A DNA stretch of 64,000 nt from Phycisphaerae bacterium (GTDB taxonomy: Bacteria > Planctomycetota > Phycisphaerae > UBA1845 > Fen-1342): contig JASFQK010000010.1 of assembly GCA_050115495.1 (NCBI GenBank), positions 1-64,000 on the forward strand, read 5' to 3'. Below, piece by piece: positions 54,777-64,000 of the stretch. The position numbers were made by a program, and so were the translations under genes. The first letter of the stretch is position 1. Each line of letters starts with the position of its first letter. The notes under the pieces are model-generated. The model saw only the letters and a list, made by a program, of their open reading frames with translations. It did no database searches and had not been told where the DNA came from.

Positions 54777-55829
54777 ATGCCACGCACGGCGGGCCAATCC
54801 GACTCTCTGACGCTGCTGTTCACCTGTGTGGGGCGGCGGATCGAGCTGTTGCAGGCGTTCCGGGCTGCGGCCCGCCGCCTGCGGATCGGTCTGCGCCTGG
54901 TCGCCGTGGACAGCGACGTAACCGCGCCCGGGCTAACCTGCGCCGATGAGGGCGTGGTGCTGCCGCGCGTCGACGATCCGGCGTACATCCCGGCGCTGCT
55001 CGACACCGTGCGGCGGGTCGGGGCCCAGGCCCTCGTGCCGACGGTGGACACCGACCTCATCCTGCTGAGCGAACACCGTCAGACGCTGGTCGATCTCGGC
55101 TGCGTGCCGCTCATCGCCGAGCCGGACGTCATCGGCAACTGCCGGAACAAGCTGCGGACGTTCGAGTTTCTGCGGGCGCAGGGGATCGACACGCCACAGA
55201 CGTACACGCCGGAGCAGACCCGGGCCCTGGCTGAGCCGCCGTTTCCGCTGTTTGGCAAGCCGCTGTGCGGCAGTGCGAGTCAGCGGGTGCGGAAGCTGGT
55301 CGATCGCCTCGACCTGGACTACTACCTCCAGCGGTACAACGACGTCATTATCCAGGAGTTCATCGAGGGGCAGGAATACACGCTCGACGTGTACGTCGGG
55401 CTGACGGGGGAGCCGCGCTGCGTGGTGCCCCGCGCCCGCTGGCAGACGCGCACCGGTGAAGTGTGCAAGGGCGTGGTCGTCAAGGATCCGGCGATCATGG
55501 AGGCCGGCCGCCGCGTCGTAACCGCTCTCGGTCCGTCGCCGCGCGGGTTGGTCACGCTGCAATGCATCGTCACCAAGGCCGGCCGGATCTGCTTCATCGA
55601 GATTAACCCCCGGTTTGGGGGTGGGGCGCCGCTAGGGATTGCCGCGGGGGCGGACTACCCAGCGTGGATCCTGCAGGAGCTGCTGGGGCGGAAGCCGCGG
55701 ATTCAATTCGATGGCTTCCGGCACGGCCTGGCCATGTTGCGGTACGACTGGTCCGTGTTCCTGCAACTCGACGACGACCTGCACCCGAAGCTGACCACGC
55801 CACTGCGGCCCTGGCCGCCGTTCAAGTAG
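54777..55829 (+). CDS. ATP-grasp protein (carbamoyl-phosphate-synthase-like, polysaccharide-associated type)
   Basis: LLFTCVGRR, P.VD.DL, C.NK..T..FL, KP..GSAS, QEFIEGQEYT, EINPRFGGG. Confidence 0.88.
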   Translation: MPRTAGQSDSLTLLFTCVGRRIELLQAFRAAARRLRIGLRLVAVDSDVTAPGLTCADEGVVLPRVDDPAYIPALLDTVRRVGAQALVPTVDTDLILLSEHRQTLVDLGCVPLIAEPDVIGNCRNKLRTFEFLRAQGIDTPQTYTPEQTRALAEPPFPLFGKPLCGSASQRVRKLVDRLDLDYYLQRYNDVIIQEFIEGQEYTLDVYVGLTGEPRCVVPRARWQTRTGEVCKGVVVKDPAIMEAGRRVVTALGPSPRGLVTLQCIVTKAGRICFIEINPRFGGGAPLGIAAGADYPAWILQELLGRKPRIQFDGFRHGLAMLRYDWSVFLQLDDDLHPKLTTPLRPWPPFK

Positions 55830-55843
55830 GGGGAGGGCAGGCG

Positions 55844-56902
55844 CTACTCGTAGCGCTCGCCGTGGTGCTTCCGCCGAACGTCCACCAGGTCCCTGATCCG
55901 CTGCACGTGATCCCGGTGACAAACCAGCGTGGCGTCCGCGCTGTGCACGATGACCAAGTCGTCGACGCCGAGCGTCACCAGCAGGTGGTCGTCCTCGGCG
56001 ACGAGCACGTTCTGCTTGCCATCGACGACGAGAGCGTTCGACGCGACGGCGGCGTTGCCGGCGTGGTCGGCATCGCGCGTGGCGGCGATGGCCAGCCACG
56101 AGCCGAGGTCGAGCCAGCGGCAGTTCATCTCGACGAGCAGCACGCTGGCGGCTTTCTCCATCACGCCGAAGTCGATCGAGATCTTGGGCAGGCTCTCGAA
56201 GCCGGCCCTGGTCGTTGGCTGTGACCATCCCGCCGCCAACTCGGTAAGCTTCGCCGCATTCTCCGGCAGGTGCTCGCGCAGCGCCGCCAGGATCGCCGGC
56301 AGCTTCCAGGCGAACATGCCGCTGTTCCACAGGTAATCGCCGGAAGCGACGTACTCGCGGGCGACGTCGAGCGAAGGCTTTTCCTTGAAGGCTTGGACGC
56401 GGTAGGTCTGCGGGGCGACCTGCTCACCGCGGTGCAGGTAGCCGTAGCCGGTGTGCGGCTCGGCGGGCGTGATGCCGAAGGTGACGAGGCTTTCCGGGAA
56501 CTGCTCAGCCGCGGTCAGGCCGGCCTCGATCGCCGCGGCGAATTTGTCCTGCGGGCTGATCAGATGGTCGGCGGTGAAGACGGCCATCGTGCCGTCGGCG
56601 TCACGGCGGGCGAGCAGGTTCGCCGCCAAGCCGATGGCGTTTGCCGTGTCGCGGCCGATCGGCTCACCGATGAGGTTCTCGCGCGGCACATCGGGCAGCT
56701 CGGCGGCGACCTGGTCGATGTAGTCGGCCGAGGTGATGACCCAGGTGTTCTCGGCGGCGAAGAGGCCGTCGAGGCGTTCGCGGGCGATCTGCAGCAGCGA
56801 GCGACCGTCGAAAAGTCGCAGGAGCTGTTTCGGTCGGAGTCGGCGGCTGAGTGGCCACAGGCGCGTGCCCGCGCCGCCGGCCATGATTACGGCGTGTCGC
56901 AT
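55844..56902 (-). CDS. manC: Mannose-1-phosphate guanylyltransferase (monofunctional, no PMI cupin)
   Basis: VIMAGGAGTRLWPLSR..PKQ, EPIGRDTA, TADH, GYGY, FKEKP, WNSGMF, SIDFGVME, WLDLGSW. Confidence 0.93.
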   Translation of the reverse strand: MRHAVIMAGGAGTRLWPLSRRLRPKQLLRLFDGRSLLQIARERLDGLFAAENTWVITSADYIDQVAAELPDVPRENLIGEPIGRDTANAIGLAANLLARRDADGTMAVFTADHLISPQDKFAAAIEAGLTAAEQFPESLVTFGITPAEPHTGYGYLHRGEQVAPQTYRVQAFKEKPSLDVAREYVASGDYLWNSGMFAWKLPAILAALREHLPENAAKLTELAAGWSQPTTRAGFESLPKISIDFGVMEKAASVLLVEMNCRWLDLGSWLAIAATRDADHAGNAAVASNALVVDGKQNVLVAEDDHLLVTLGVDDLVIVHSADATLVCHRDHVQRIRDLVDVRRKHHGERYE

Positions 56903-56943
56903 CAGCAATACTCCCTGTCGTGGGCGTCCGGTTCGCGTCCGGC

Positions 56944-58356
56944 TCAGACGACGTGCTTGCCGCCGCGGGCGCTTTGGCGGGCGAGGTCTTTCGCCTGCTT
57001 CTCGTAACCAGGCCGGCCCATCAGGGCGAAGGTGTATTCCTTGCCCAGTTGCACCGCCGGCTGGTCGTAGGGGTTGATGTTGAGCAGCCCGCCGGCGATG
57101 GTCGTGGCTGCTTCCCACAGCATGATGAACTGCCCGACGGTCTCCTCGGTGATCTTCGGCAGCTTGATTGTCAGGCACGGCCGGCCGCTGGCGACGAGAG
57201 CGGCCTCGGTGGCGAGCTTCTCCGCGTTGAGCAGCTTGCCGAGCGTCGAGCCCGCCAGGTAGCGGACCGCGTCGGGCGTGCCGGACCGGCGGGGGATCTT
57301 CACGTTGCGGGCGAACTTGTCGACTTCGAGGAAGATCAGCACCTTGTCGTTCGGGCCTTCGCGGTAGAGCTGGACCTGCGAATGCTGGTCGGTTGCACCC
57401 AGGGCCTTGATCGGCGTCGGGCCGACGGAGGCGGGGCGGCCCTGGAGGTCCTGCTGCTTGCCGAGGCTCTCGGCCCAGAGCTGCCGGTACCAGTCGGCCA
57501 GGTCGCGCAGTTGCTGGCTGTAGGGCATCATGACGTGCAGCCGCTTGCCGCGCACGTAGAAGGCGTGCAGCAGCAGGGCCAGCATCGCGGCGGGGTTCTG
57601 TTTCACGCGCGGCGTCGCCACGCGCTTGCTCATTTCGGCCGCACCGGCGAGCAGGCGGTCGATGGCGATGCCGCACATGCCGGCGGAGAACAGACCGACC
57701 GCGGACAGCACGGAGAAACGGCCGCCGACACCATCTGGCACCGGCAGGGCTTCGTAGCCTTCGCCTGTGACCGTGTCGCGCAGCGTGCCGCTTTCGGCGT
57801 CGGTGGTGACGAGGATCTGCCGCGTGAGGGCCTTCGCGCCGAGCTTGCGGGCCAGCAGGTCCTGGATGATGAGGAACTGGGCGGCGGTTTCGGCGGTCTC
57901 GCCCGACTTGCTGATCACGTTGAAGAGCGTTCGCCGCAGACCCGTGCCGAGCGCGTCCACCAGACCGGCGAACTGCACCGGATCGACGTTGTCCATCACG
58001 AACAGCCGCGGGCCGCGCCGCTTGGCCGTCGGCAGCAGGTTGTGCTGTTGCGGGTTCAGGGCACTCTGCAGGGCGATGTTGCCCAGGGCCGAGCCACCGA
58101 TGCCGAGCACGACGAGGTTCTCCACGCCCGGGCGGTGCTTGCGGACGGCGGTCTTGACGGCGGCGAGCATCGCCTTGTCGGCCGGCAGGTCGCGGTAGCG
58201 GTGCTGGCCGGTCTTGCGCTCGCGCTCCACCCGGCGGATGATCTCCGCCACGGCGGGCTCGGCGCGCTTGATCTCCGCCGGCGCCAGGCCGTGCACGGGC
58301 CCGATCGCGGCCGCCAGGACGTTTCCGTACTCGATAGACAGCATGTCTCGCGCCAT
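56944..58356 (-). CDS. pgi: Glucose-6-phosphate isomerase
   Basis: GIGGSALG, SKSGETAET, VGGRFSVLS, QLWAESLGK, GATDQHS, YDQPAVQLGK. Confidence 0.96.
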   Translation of the reverse strand: MARDMLSIEYGNVLAAAIGPVHGLAPAEIKRAEPAVAEIIRRVERERKTGQHRYRDLPADKAMLAAVKTAVRKHRPGVENLVVLGIGGSALGNIALQSALNPQQHNLLPTAKRRGPRLFVMDNVDPVQFAGLVDALGTGLRRTLFNVISKSGETAETAAQFLIIQDLLARKLGAKALTRQILVTTDAESGTLRDTVTGEGYEALPVPDGVGGRFSVLSAVGLFSAGMCGIAIDRLLAGAAEMSKRVATPRVKQNPAAMLALLLHAFYVRGKRLHVMMPYSQQLRDLADWYRQLWAESLGKQQDLQGRPASVGPTPIKALGATDQHSQVQLYREGPNDKVLIFLEVDKFARNVKIPRRSGTPDAVRYLAGSTLGKLLNAEKLATEAALVASGRPCLTIKLPKITEETVGQFIMLWEAATTIAGGLLNINPYDQPAVQLGKEYTFALMGRPGYEKQAKDLARQSARGGKHVV

Positions 58357-58440
58357 CTGCGTGTTCTCCCTTCAGGATCGGCGGGCTGCACCACGGAGCA
58401 TACCGGCCGGCACTGCGGCTGGCCACGCACGCACCGCGGA

Positions 58441-61416
58441 CTACTTCTCCCGCAACTCGATCGCGCCGGACCAGTCGGGTCCCGGCGGTGTATTGCCGAA
58501 CGCGTCGATCGCTTCCACGTAACGCTGCGCCGCCAAGTCCGCTGACCGTTGCTCGCGACACGCCGTGAACGCCGAGCGGGCCGGTTCCCAGGCCCGCTCC
58601 TGGAAGAGCGCCACAGCCTGTCCGAATCTATCGGCGTATTCGCGGTCGTCGGCGTTGATTTCGTCGGCACGCCCGAGGAGCTCGAAGATGGGGACGGGCT
58701 GGCGTTTGCCGATGACCTGCACGCCGCCGAGCGGGCGGAAGCCGAAGCTCTCGCCGACGACGTCGTGGGTGCTGCCGGCTACGAGGCTGCGCGTGCCGTA
58801 GAACTTGTTGGCCGATTCGAGCCGGGCGGCGAGGTTCACCGTGTCGCCGATGCAGGTGTAGTCGTATTTCTGCTCAGAGCCGCACGGCCCGACGACGGCC
58901 GGCCCGGTGGCCACGCCTACGCGGAGCACCAGTTCGGCGAAGGTCTCGTCACCGCCGGCGCGGCGCTGCTCGTCGGCGAGATCACGCAGGGCGCGGTGCA
59001 GGTCGACGGCGGTTTCGCAGGCCCGGCGGGCGTGGTCGGGCTGCGGATAGATCAGCGGGTTCCAGAAGACGAAGATGCCGTCGCCGATGAATTTGCTGAT
59101 GGGGGCCTCGTAGGCGAGCATCACTTCGCTACACCGGCCGAGGCAGGTATTGAGCACGTGCTGGGTGCGTTCGGCGCCGATGCGCTCCGAGATCGCCGTG
59201 AAGCCTTTGAAATCGGTGAAGACGGCGGTTACGACGCGGGTCTCCGCCCGGCGGCAGAGCTCGGCGTCCTCGGACATCTTGCGGGCCAGCGTCGCCGACG
59301 TGTACTGGCTCAGCGCGGTTGCCAACTGCCGCTGCTCCCGCTCGATGAACACGTAGCGATAGCCGGCGATGGCGAGGTGGCTGAGCAGCATGGCCGCGAC
59401 CGCCGGCGTGATGGCGATCCAGAACGTGTACGCGCGGAACGCCCACCAGCCGGCCACGCCGACCAGCAGGAGGAGCAGCACTGCGACCCGCAGTCCGGCC
59501 ACGCGCGGCGAACGATGCACGCTCAACAGGCTGGCCAGTACGCCGCAGCAGGCGGCCAGCAGGATGTTCACCGCCGGTGGGGCCCAGCGCACCATCCGTC
59601 CGGTCAGCAGGCCGTTGAGCAGGTTGGCGTGGGCCATGATGCCCGGGGCCATCGACATCGTCGGGAACGGTCGCAGGTCGGCCAGCGACGTCGCCGTGTA
59701 GCCGATCATGCAGATCTTGCCCGAGACGCGCGAGCGCAGCAGCTTCAGGGCTTCGTCGATCGTCGTGTCGTATTCCTTGTTGGCGGCGAGGACGCGCTCG
59801 ATGTCGCGCAGGTCGCGCAGGGCTTCGGCCTCGACGCCGCCGTCCGCTTCCAGCCGGGCGATCTCCGCCGCCGCGTCTGCTGCCAGTTGCGGCCAGGCTT
59901 CCGTGAGCAGGGTCTGGTACTGCGAAATCCAGTTGTCGATTTCCGCCGTTGTCTCGGCATCGTCGCGGTAGCGGGCCAGTCGCCGTTCGGAGCCGAGCTC
60001 GAGGTAGCGTTTCAGGTCGCCGTGCAGTTGCTCGTGGCTCGTCAGCCGGCCGACGACGAGTAGTCGGCCCAGGGCGTCCAGGAGCAGTCCCTCGTTGTGC
60101 GAGATGGCCAGTCGGTTGTCACAGACTTGCCAGACGGCGCCCGCCGGCACGTGCTCGCCGAATTGCTCCGTCCACGCCGATTTCGTGGTCCAGGGGACGA
60201 CCGCCTGACCGTGCTCGTCGAGTTGCACGGTGAGCGTGCCGCCCGTGTCGCCACGCCGCACGGTCAGCACGCCGGGGCGGGCGCTCAGGCCGTCCGTGGT
60301 CACCTGCATGGCGTCGAGGGCGACGGCGAAGGCCAGCTCGGGCAGGACGTGCCCTTCGTGCTGCACGACCAGGCGGATCCGCCGCACGACGCCGTCCACA
60401 TCGTCCTTGAACACGACGAACCCGCAGCCCCTCGCGGCCCGGGCCAGCGGGAAGTACACGGGGGCGATCTCGGCGACGGGCTCGGCGACGGGGGCCAGGG
60501 TATCCAGCGGAACCGTTCCCGGTCGTGTGGTCGCCGCGTAGCTGAGCACGCTGCGCAAGGCCTTGGCCACGTCCAGCCGGTAGCGACCGCGGGTAGCCTC
60601 GGCGGGTTCGATCAGCTCGGCGTGCAGGGCGGCGAACAGGTCATACGCCGGCTGCTGCCAGCGCTGCGGGTCGGCGGCCAGCCACTCCCGAATCCAGCCG
60701 ATCAGCGCCATCTGGCGGCAGTCCTGCACTCGGCTCGTGGGTTCGAGCGGCGATGTGCCCACCGCGTCGGCGAGGGCGTGCTCGTCGAGCAGCGGCTGCG
60801 TCTCAAGAGCGTGCACGATCTTCGCCCAGAGCAGCGGCCGGTCGGCGCCCTGTGATGCCAGGGTGGCGGCTCGCTCGCGGGCGGCGGTCTCGTCGCCGGC
60901 GCGCACGGCGTCGAGCAGTCCGGCGAACTCCGCGCTCTGCAGCAGCCCGCCGGCGCCGTAGTCGAATGCCAGGTAGACACCGCCGACGTCGGCGATCGTC
61001 GTGCGCAGCTCGTGGTCGGGGAAGGCCAGCAGCGCGTCCTGGGCCTCCCAGTGCAGCGGATCGCCGCCCACGTCGGCCTGTTCGGCGACGATCGAACGCA
61101 TCGCTTCCGGCTCGCTGAGCGTGATGTCGTAGAGCAGGGCTGAGGCGCCGGCCTCGTGTAAGACGCTGAGAATGCCGGCCTGCACGTCGCGCGGCCAGGG
61201 CCAGCGGCCGACGAGTTGCAGGGCCTCGTCGTCGATATCCACGCAGGCAAGGCGCTCATCCTCGGGGACGTCCCCCGCGATCTGGCAGCGCCAGTCGAAC
61301 GTCTTCAGCTCGATCCAGTCGAGGCCCCCCAGGGCGTAGACGACCAGCGTGGCCGCCGTGGCGGCGAGGCCGATCAGCAGGGCGGTCAGGTTGGCGCGTC
61401 GCTGTCGCCGGGTCAC
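58441..61416 (-). CDS. CHASE2-domain class III adenylate/guanylate cyclase
   Basis: VDIDD..L..VGRWPWPR, DVDGVVRR, PG...HAN; 3 TM; FTDFKGFT, KFIGDG, YTCIGDTVNLAARLE. Confidence 0.93.
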   Translation of the reverse strand: MTRRQRRANLTALLIGLAATAATLVVYALGGLDWIELKTFDWRCQIAGDVPEDERLACVDIDDEALQLVGRWPWPRDVQAGILSVLHEAGASALLYDITLSEPEAMRSIVAEQADVGGDPLHWEAQDALLAFPDHELRTTIADVGGVYLAFDYGAGGLLQSAEFAGLLDAVRAGDETAARERAATLASQGADRPLLWAKIVHALETQPLLDEHALADAVGTSPLEPTSRVQDCRQMALIGWIREWLAADPQRWQQPAYDLFAALHAELIEPAEATRGRYRLDVAKALRSVLSYAATTRPGTVPLDTLAPVAEPVAEIAPVYFPLARAARGCGFVVFKDDVDGVVRRIRLVVQHEGHVLPELAFAVALDAMQVTTDGLSARPGVLTVRRGDTGGTLTVQLDEHGQAVVPWTTKSAWTEQFGEHVPAGAVWQVCDNRLAISHNEGLLLDALGRLLVVGRLTSHEQLHGDLKRYLELGSERRLARYRDDAETTAEIDNWISQYQTLLTEAWPQLAADAAAEIARLEADGGVEAEALRDLRDIERVLAANKEYDTTIDEALKLLRSRVSGKICMIGYTATSLADLRPFPTMSMAPGIMAHANLLNGLLTGRMVRWAPPAVNILLAACCGVLASLLSVHRSPRVAGLRVAVLLLLLVGVAGWWAFRAYTFWIAITPAVAAMLLSHLAIAGYRYVFIEREQRQLATALSQYTSATLARKMSEDAELCRRAETRVVTAVFTDFKGFTAISERIGAERTQHVLNTCLGRCSEVMLAYEAPISKFIGDGIFVFWNPLIYPQPDHARRACETAVDLHRALRDLADEQRRAGGDETFAELVLRVGVATGPAVVGPCGSEQKYDYTCIGDTVNLAARLESANKFYGTRSLVAGSTHDVVGESFGFRPLGGVQVIGKRQPVPIFELLGRADEINADDREYADRFGQAVALFQERAWEPARSAFTACREQRSADLAAQRYVEAIDAFGNTPPGPDWSGAIELREK

Positions 61417-61650
61417 AAGGGGTTATGTTGCCCCATCCGCGGAAAGTCGCAAGTCCCCGGGGGCGTTTGGGTCCGTGCTGGATGTCCGTGGGGAGCCTTC
61501 AGCCGTCAGCCTTCAGCTACGGAGCCTTGAGCCGAAGGTAGTGCAATGTGGGCGAGTCCGGGACGCGGTTGGCATGCGGTGGTGACCCGCTCGCTGCCGC
61601 TCGGGGCTCGGATTGGCGTGGACACGCCTTGCCCGTCGCTACCGCCCGCG

Positions 61651-62541
61651 CTAGTTCATGGCGACGATGGCTGCTTCGAGGCGCTTGAGGTTGCCGCGGA
61701 CGAGCTCGCGATCGGTGGCCTGGGGGGCGCGATCGAGGTAGACGCGCAGGAAGCCGTACGCACCGCGGACGTCGCCGAGACGCGTGGAGACCGCGGCGAG
61801 ATCCTGGAAGTGCCGGCCGTTGCGCGGCTCGAGCGCCGCCAGCCGGCGGAGCACCGTGGCCAGGTTGTGCCAGGCGCCTTCGGCCAGGTAGATGCCGCGG
61901 AGGTTCAGGAGGATGCGCGAGAGGATGGCCCGCGTGCCGAGCGGCTTCAGCATCTTGCGGGAGAAGCGCATCGGACGCTCGATGTGCTCGGCCACGAGGT
62001 GAATGCAGTCGTCGACTGAGAGCGACTGCCCCTCATTGAAGGGATCGGCGAGCACGAAGCGCTCGGGATCATCGATGCGGACGAGGAAGTGCCCGGGCAG
62101 GGCGATGCCGCCCACGGGCCATTTCAGCCGGCGAGCTACCTCAATCCACAACGCGGACAGCGTGACGGGGACGCCGAGCTGGCGGTCGAGGACGCGGTTG
62201 AAGTAGCTGTTCTGCGGATCGTAGTAGTCCTGGTCGTTGCCGCGGAAGCCGTGCAGGCCGACGAGGACGTCGCGCAGGGCACGATAGCGGGCGATGGCGG
62301 CCAGGCCGGGCCGCCGGGCCGCTACCTCTTCCGCCAGGTTGTCGAGCTGGCGCAGGTACGAGGCGACTTCGATCCTCGGGAAGATGTCGCGGGCGAGGTG
62401 CAGCGCAGCGCAATCGAGGCGGATGTGCCGCGTGTCCAACTGCACGAGCAAGTCGAAAGGATGGCGATTCACGCCTTCGTCCCCCTCCAAGGGGTACATG
62501 AGAAGCTGTGTCGTCCGTACGCGCATGATAGTCAGCGACAC
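61651..62541 (-). CDS. SirB1 / transglutaminase-like TPR protein
   Basis: GFRGNDQDYYDPQNSYFNRVLDRQLGVPVTLS, LPGHFLVR, DPFNEG, RILLNL; start uncertain (ATGs at 62526 and 62499). Confidence 0.9.
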   Translation of the reverse strand: MSLTIMRVRTTQLLMYPLEGDEGVNRHPFDLLVQLDTRHIRLDCAALHLARDIFPRIEVASYLRQLDNLAEEVAARRPGLAAIARYRALRDVLVGLHGFRGNDQDYYDPQNSYFNRVLDRQLGVPVTLSALWIEVARRLKWPVGGIALPGHFLVRIDDPERFVLADPFNEGQSLSVDDCIHLVAEHIERPMRFSRKMLKPLGTRAILSRILLNLRGIYLAEGAWHNLATVLRRLAALEPRNGRHFQDLAAVSTRLGDVRGAYGFLRVYLDRAPQATDRELVRGNLKRLEAAIVAMN

Positions 62542-62931
62542 CCCACGGAAGCGAGCTTTTTTTCTAGCGTGCCGTTATCAGACGAGTGCGGCGCAGTCGC
62601 GCAGAACGTAGCGCGCAGAGCGGCGCGCGCGGACGTGAGCACGCGCTGATTCGTGCGTCATCGCATGTCCGAAACCGCATGCGGCGGCGTGCGACGCCGT
62701 GACGGAAATCCGTCCATGATGGTCCATGAGGCTCGACATTTGTCGTGAAAAGCTGATACCGCCGGTTGTATCCGGACGTAGGTCTGGTAGCATGCCTCGC
62801 GGTGTATTGGTATTGGCGCTCGGCGCGGTCACGTTGCGGGCGACTACCCTGCCGCCGTCAGTCCGGTTCCGCCGGACGACGTCGCTGACCGAGGCCGGGT
62901 CGAGTAAGGTCTTGAACCAAGGAGGTCGTTC

Positions 62932-64000
62932 ATGTCCAAGCTTGGCCGTAGACGTACATTGACAGTCCTGGCCGCCGGGTTGGTTGTGTCGCTGGCATGC
63001 GCTGCGCCCGGGGTGGCGGGCAGCGACGACGACGTGGCCCAGCTCCAGGCACTGCTGGAAGCCCAGCAGCAGCGGATCGATTCCCTTCAACAGCAGGTGG
63101 CCGACGCCAGCACGCAGGATTCGGACGCGGCCCGACTGGACGCGATGCGCAACCAGATCCGGGAGATCCTGGGTGAGCAGGAGTTCCGTGAGAGCCTGAT
63201 GCCGTCGATGCTGCAAGCCGGTTACGACAACGGCTTCTTCATCCGCAGTAGCGACGACCAGTTCCTGATGAAGTTCCACGGCCGCATGCAGTTCCGCTGG
63301 AACCACTACGCGACGCGGTCGGACAACCGCTACCTCCTGCCGCGGACCGAGCGTGACGATCAGACCGGCTTCGACATCAAACGCGTGCGCTTCCACATCG
63401 ACGGCCACGTGTACACGCCCGACCTGACCTACTTCCTGAAATTCTTCGCCGATGCTCCGGCCGGCTACGATGTGCAGGTGCTCTACGCCTGGTTGAACTA
63501 TCGCTTCCGCGATGAGTTCCAGATGAAGTTCGGTATGTTCCAGTTGGCGTCGACCCGGGCCGGCTTCGCCTCGAGCGGGAACATGCAGTTCGTCGAGTAC
63601 CCGGAGACGGTTGCCGTCTTCGACCCCGGTGAGGGTCTGGGCGTGCGGATCTGGGGCCAGCTCTTCGAGAAGAAGCTGGAATACTTCCTGGACATCGCCA
63701 ACTCGCTGAACGGCCGCGCCAACCGCACCATTACGACGGACGGGGCCCGCGAGCTGGATAACAACCCGGCGATCGTCTTCCGCGCCGTGTGGCACGCCAT
63801 CGGCGAAGAGCCCACGCGTGACTTCGTTTCCTGGGCCGACATCGACCACAAGGAAACCCCCTGCCTCGACCTCGGCTTCCACTACATGTTCAACGATGAC
63901 GCCGGCGACCTGCGCACCACCCGCGTCGTCTTCGGTCGCCGCACGCCGCTTGAGGGTGGCTTCGGCGTGACGAATTCCAACGGCGTGCAGATCAACCAGT
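62932..64000 (+). CDS. Outer-membrane porin (OprO/P-like), 3'-truncated by the window edge; absent from the supplied ORF track
   Basis: RBS AAGGAGGT; MSKLGRRRTL... signal peptide and coiled coil, then AGYDNGFFIRSSDDQFLMKFHGRMQFRW...GFDIKRVRF..DGHVY; frame open to the end. Confidence 0.85.
   Translation, partial: MSKLGRRRTLTVLAAGLVVSLACAAPGVAGSDDDVAQLQALLEAQQQRIDSLQQQVADASTQDSDAARLDAMRNQIREILGEQEFRESLMPSMLQAGYDNGFFIRSSDDQFLMKFHGRMQFRWNHYATRSDNRYLLPRTERDDQTGFDIKRVRFHIDGHVYTPDLTYFLKFFADAPAGYDVQVLYAWLNYRFRDEFQMKFGMFQLASTRAGFASSGNMQFVEYPETVAVFDPGEGLGVRIWGQLFEKKLEYFLDIANSLNGRANRTITTDGARELDNNPAIVFRAVWHAIGEEPTRDFVSWADIDHKETPCLDLGFHYMFNDDAGDLRTTRVVFGRRTPLEGGFGVTNSNGVQINQ

Noticed and set aside
53121..55829. 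RiPP (graspetide) or pyrrolysine system from the ATP-grasp gene plus the small peptide
   Set aside because: The peptide has a lipobox and lacks acidic/Lys core motifs; no pylB/D/S or tRNA; the ATP-grasp resembles polysaccharide-associated enzymes and sits by manC/pgi.
56903..58561. Apparent 905-aa ManC with a long N-terminal extension
   Set aside because: The extension is an off-frame overlap of pgi with Arg/Pro/Ala-rich junk composition; the real start is ATG 56902.
61495..61620. AGCCTTC/AGCCGTC 7-mer x3 and an adjacent imperfect palindrome
   Set aside because: Too short, and single-copy in the window; may be a dispersed repeat but cannot be supported here.

Overview
High-GC bacterial chromosomal segment, very likely Planctomycetota, class Phycisphaerae. 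The assignment is inferred from three PEP-CTERM proteins, dockerin-tailed proteins, a DUF1559-type pilin, 'CGYxLTGNxxGVCPECG' Zn-ribbon membrane proteins and TPR Ser/Thr kinases. About 43 credible CDSs; I saw no rRNA, tRNA, CRISPR array or intact transposase/integrase. Main points: (1) an intact archaeal-type gatE-gatD operon (Glu-tRNA(Gln) amidotransferase) among ordinary bacterial genes; (2) a cobalamin riboswitch leading an operon with no BtuB/BtuFCD, encoding a BtuH-like PEP-CTERM protein, a beta-propeller/dockerin protein and a type IV pilin-like protein, a candidate undescribed B12-capture system; (3) a SAM-clan riboswitch (SAM-I/IV-like) over metB and an ACT-less aspartate kinase-homoserine dehydrogenase whose 3' end is duplicated around an orphan gene; (4) a putative HTH regulator divergent from a PEP-CTERM gene across a 16-bp perfect palindrome beside a sigma70 promoter; (5) orphan double-CXXCG immunity-like paralogs, REP/RAYT remnants, a POT transporter with a ~370-aa insertion and a recurring ACGGGC-TAnnnT promoter motif. 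All family calls are by-eye motif recognition, not database searches, and start codons are best estimates.
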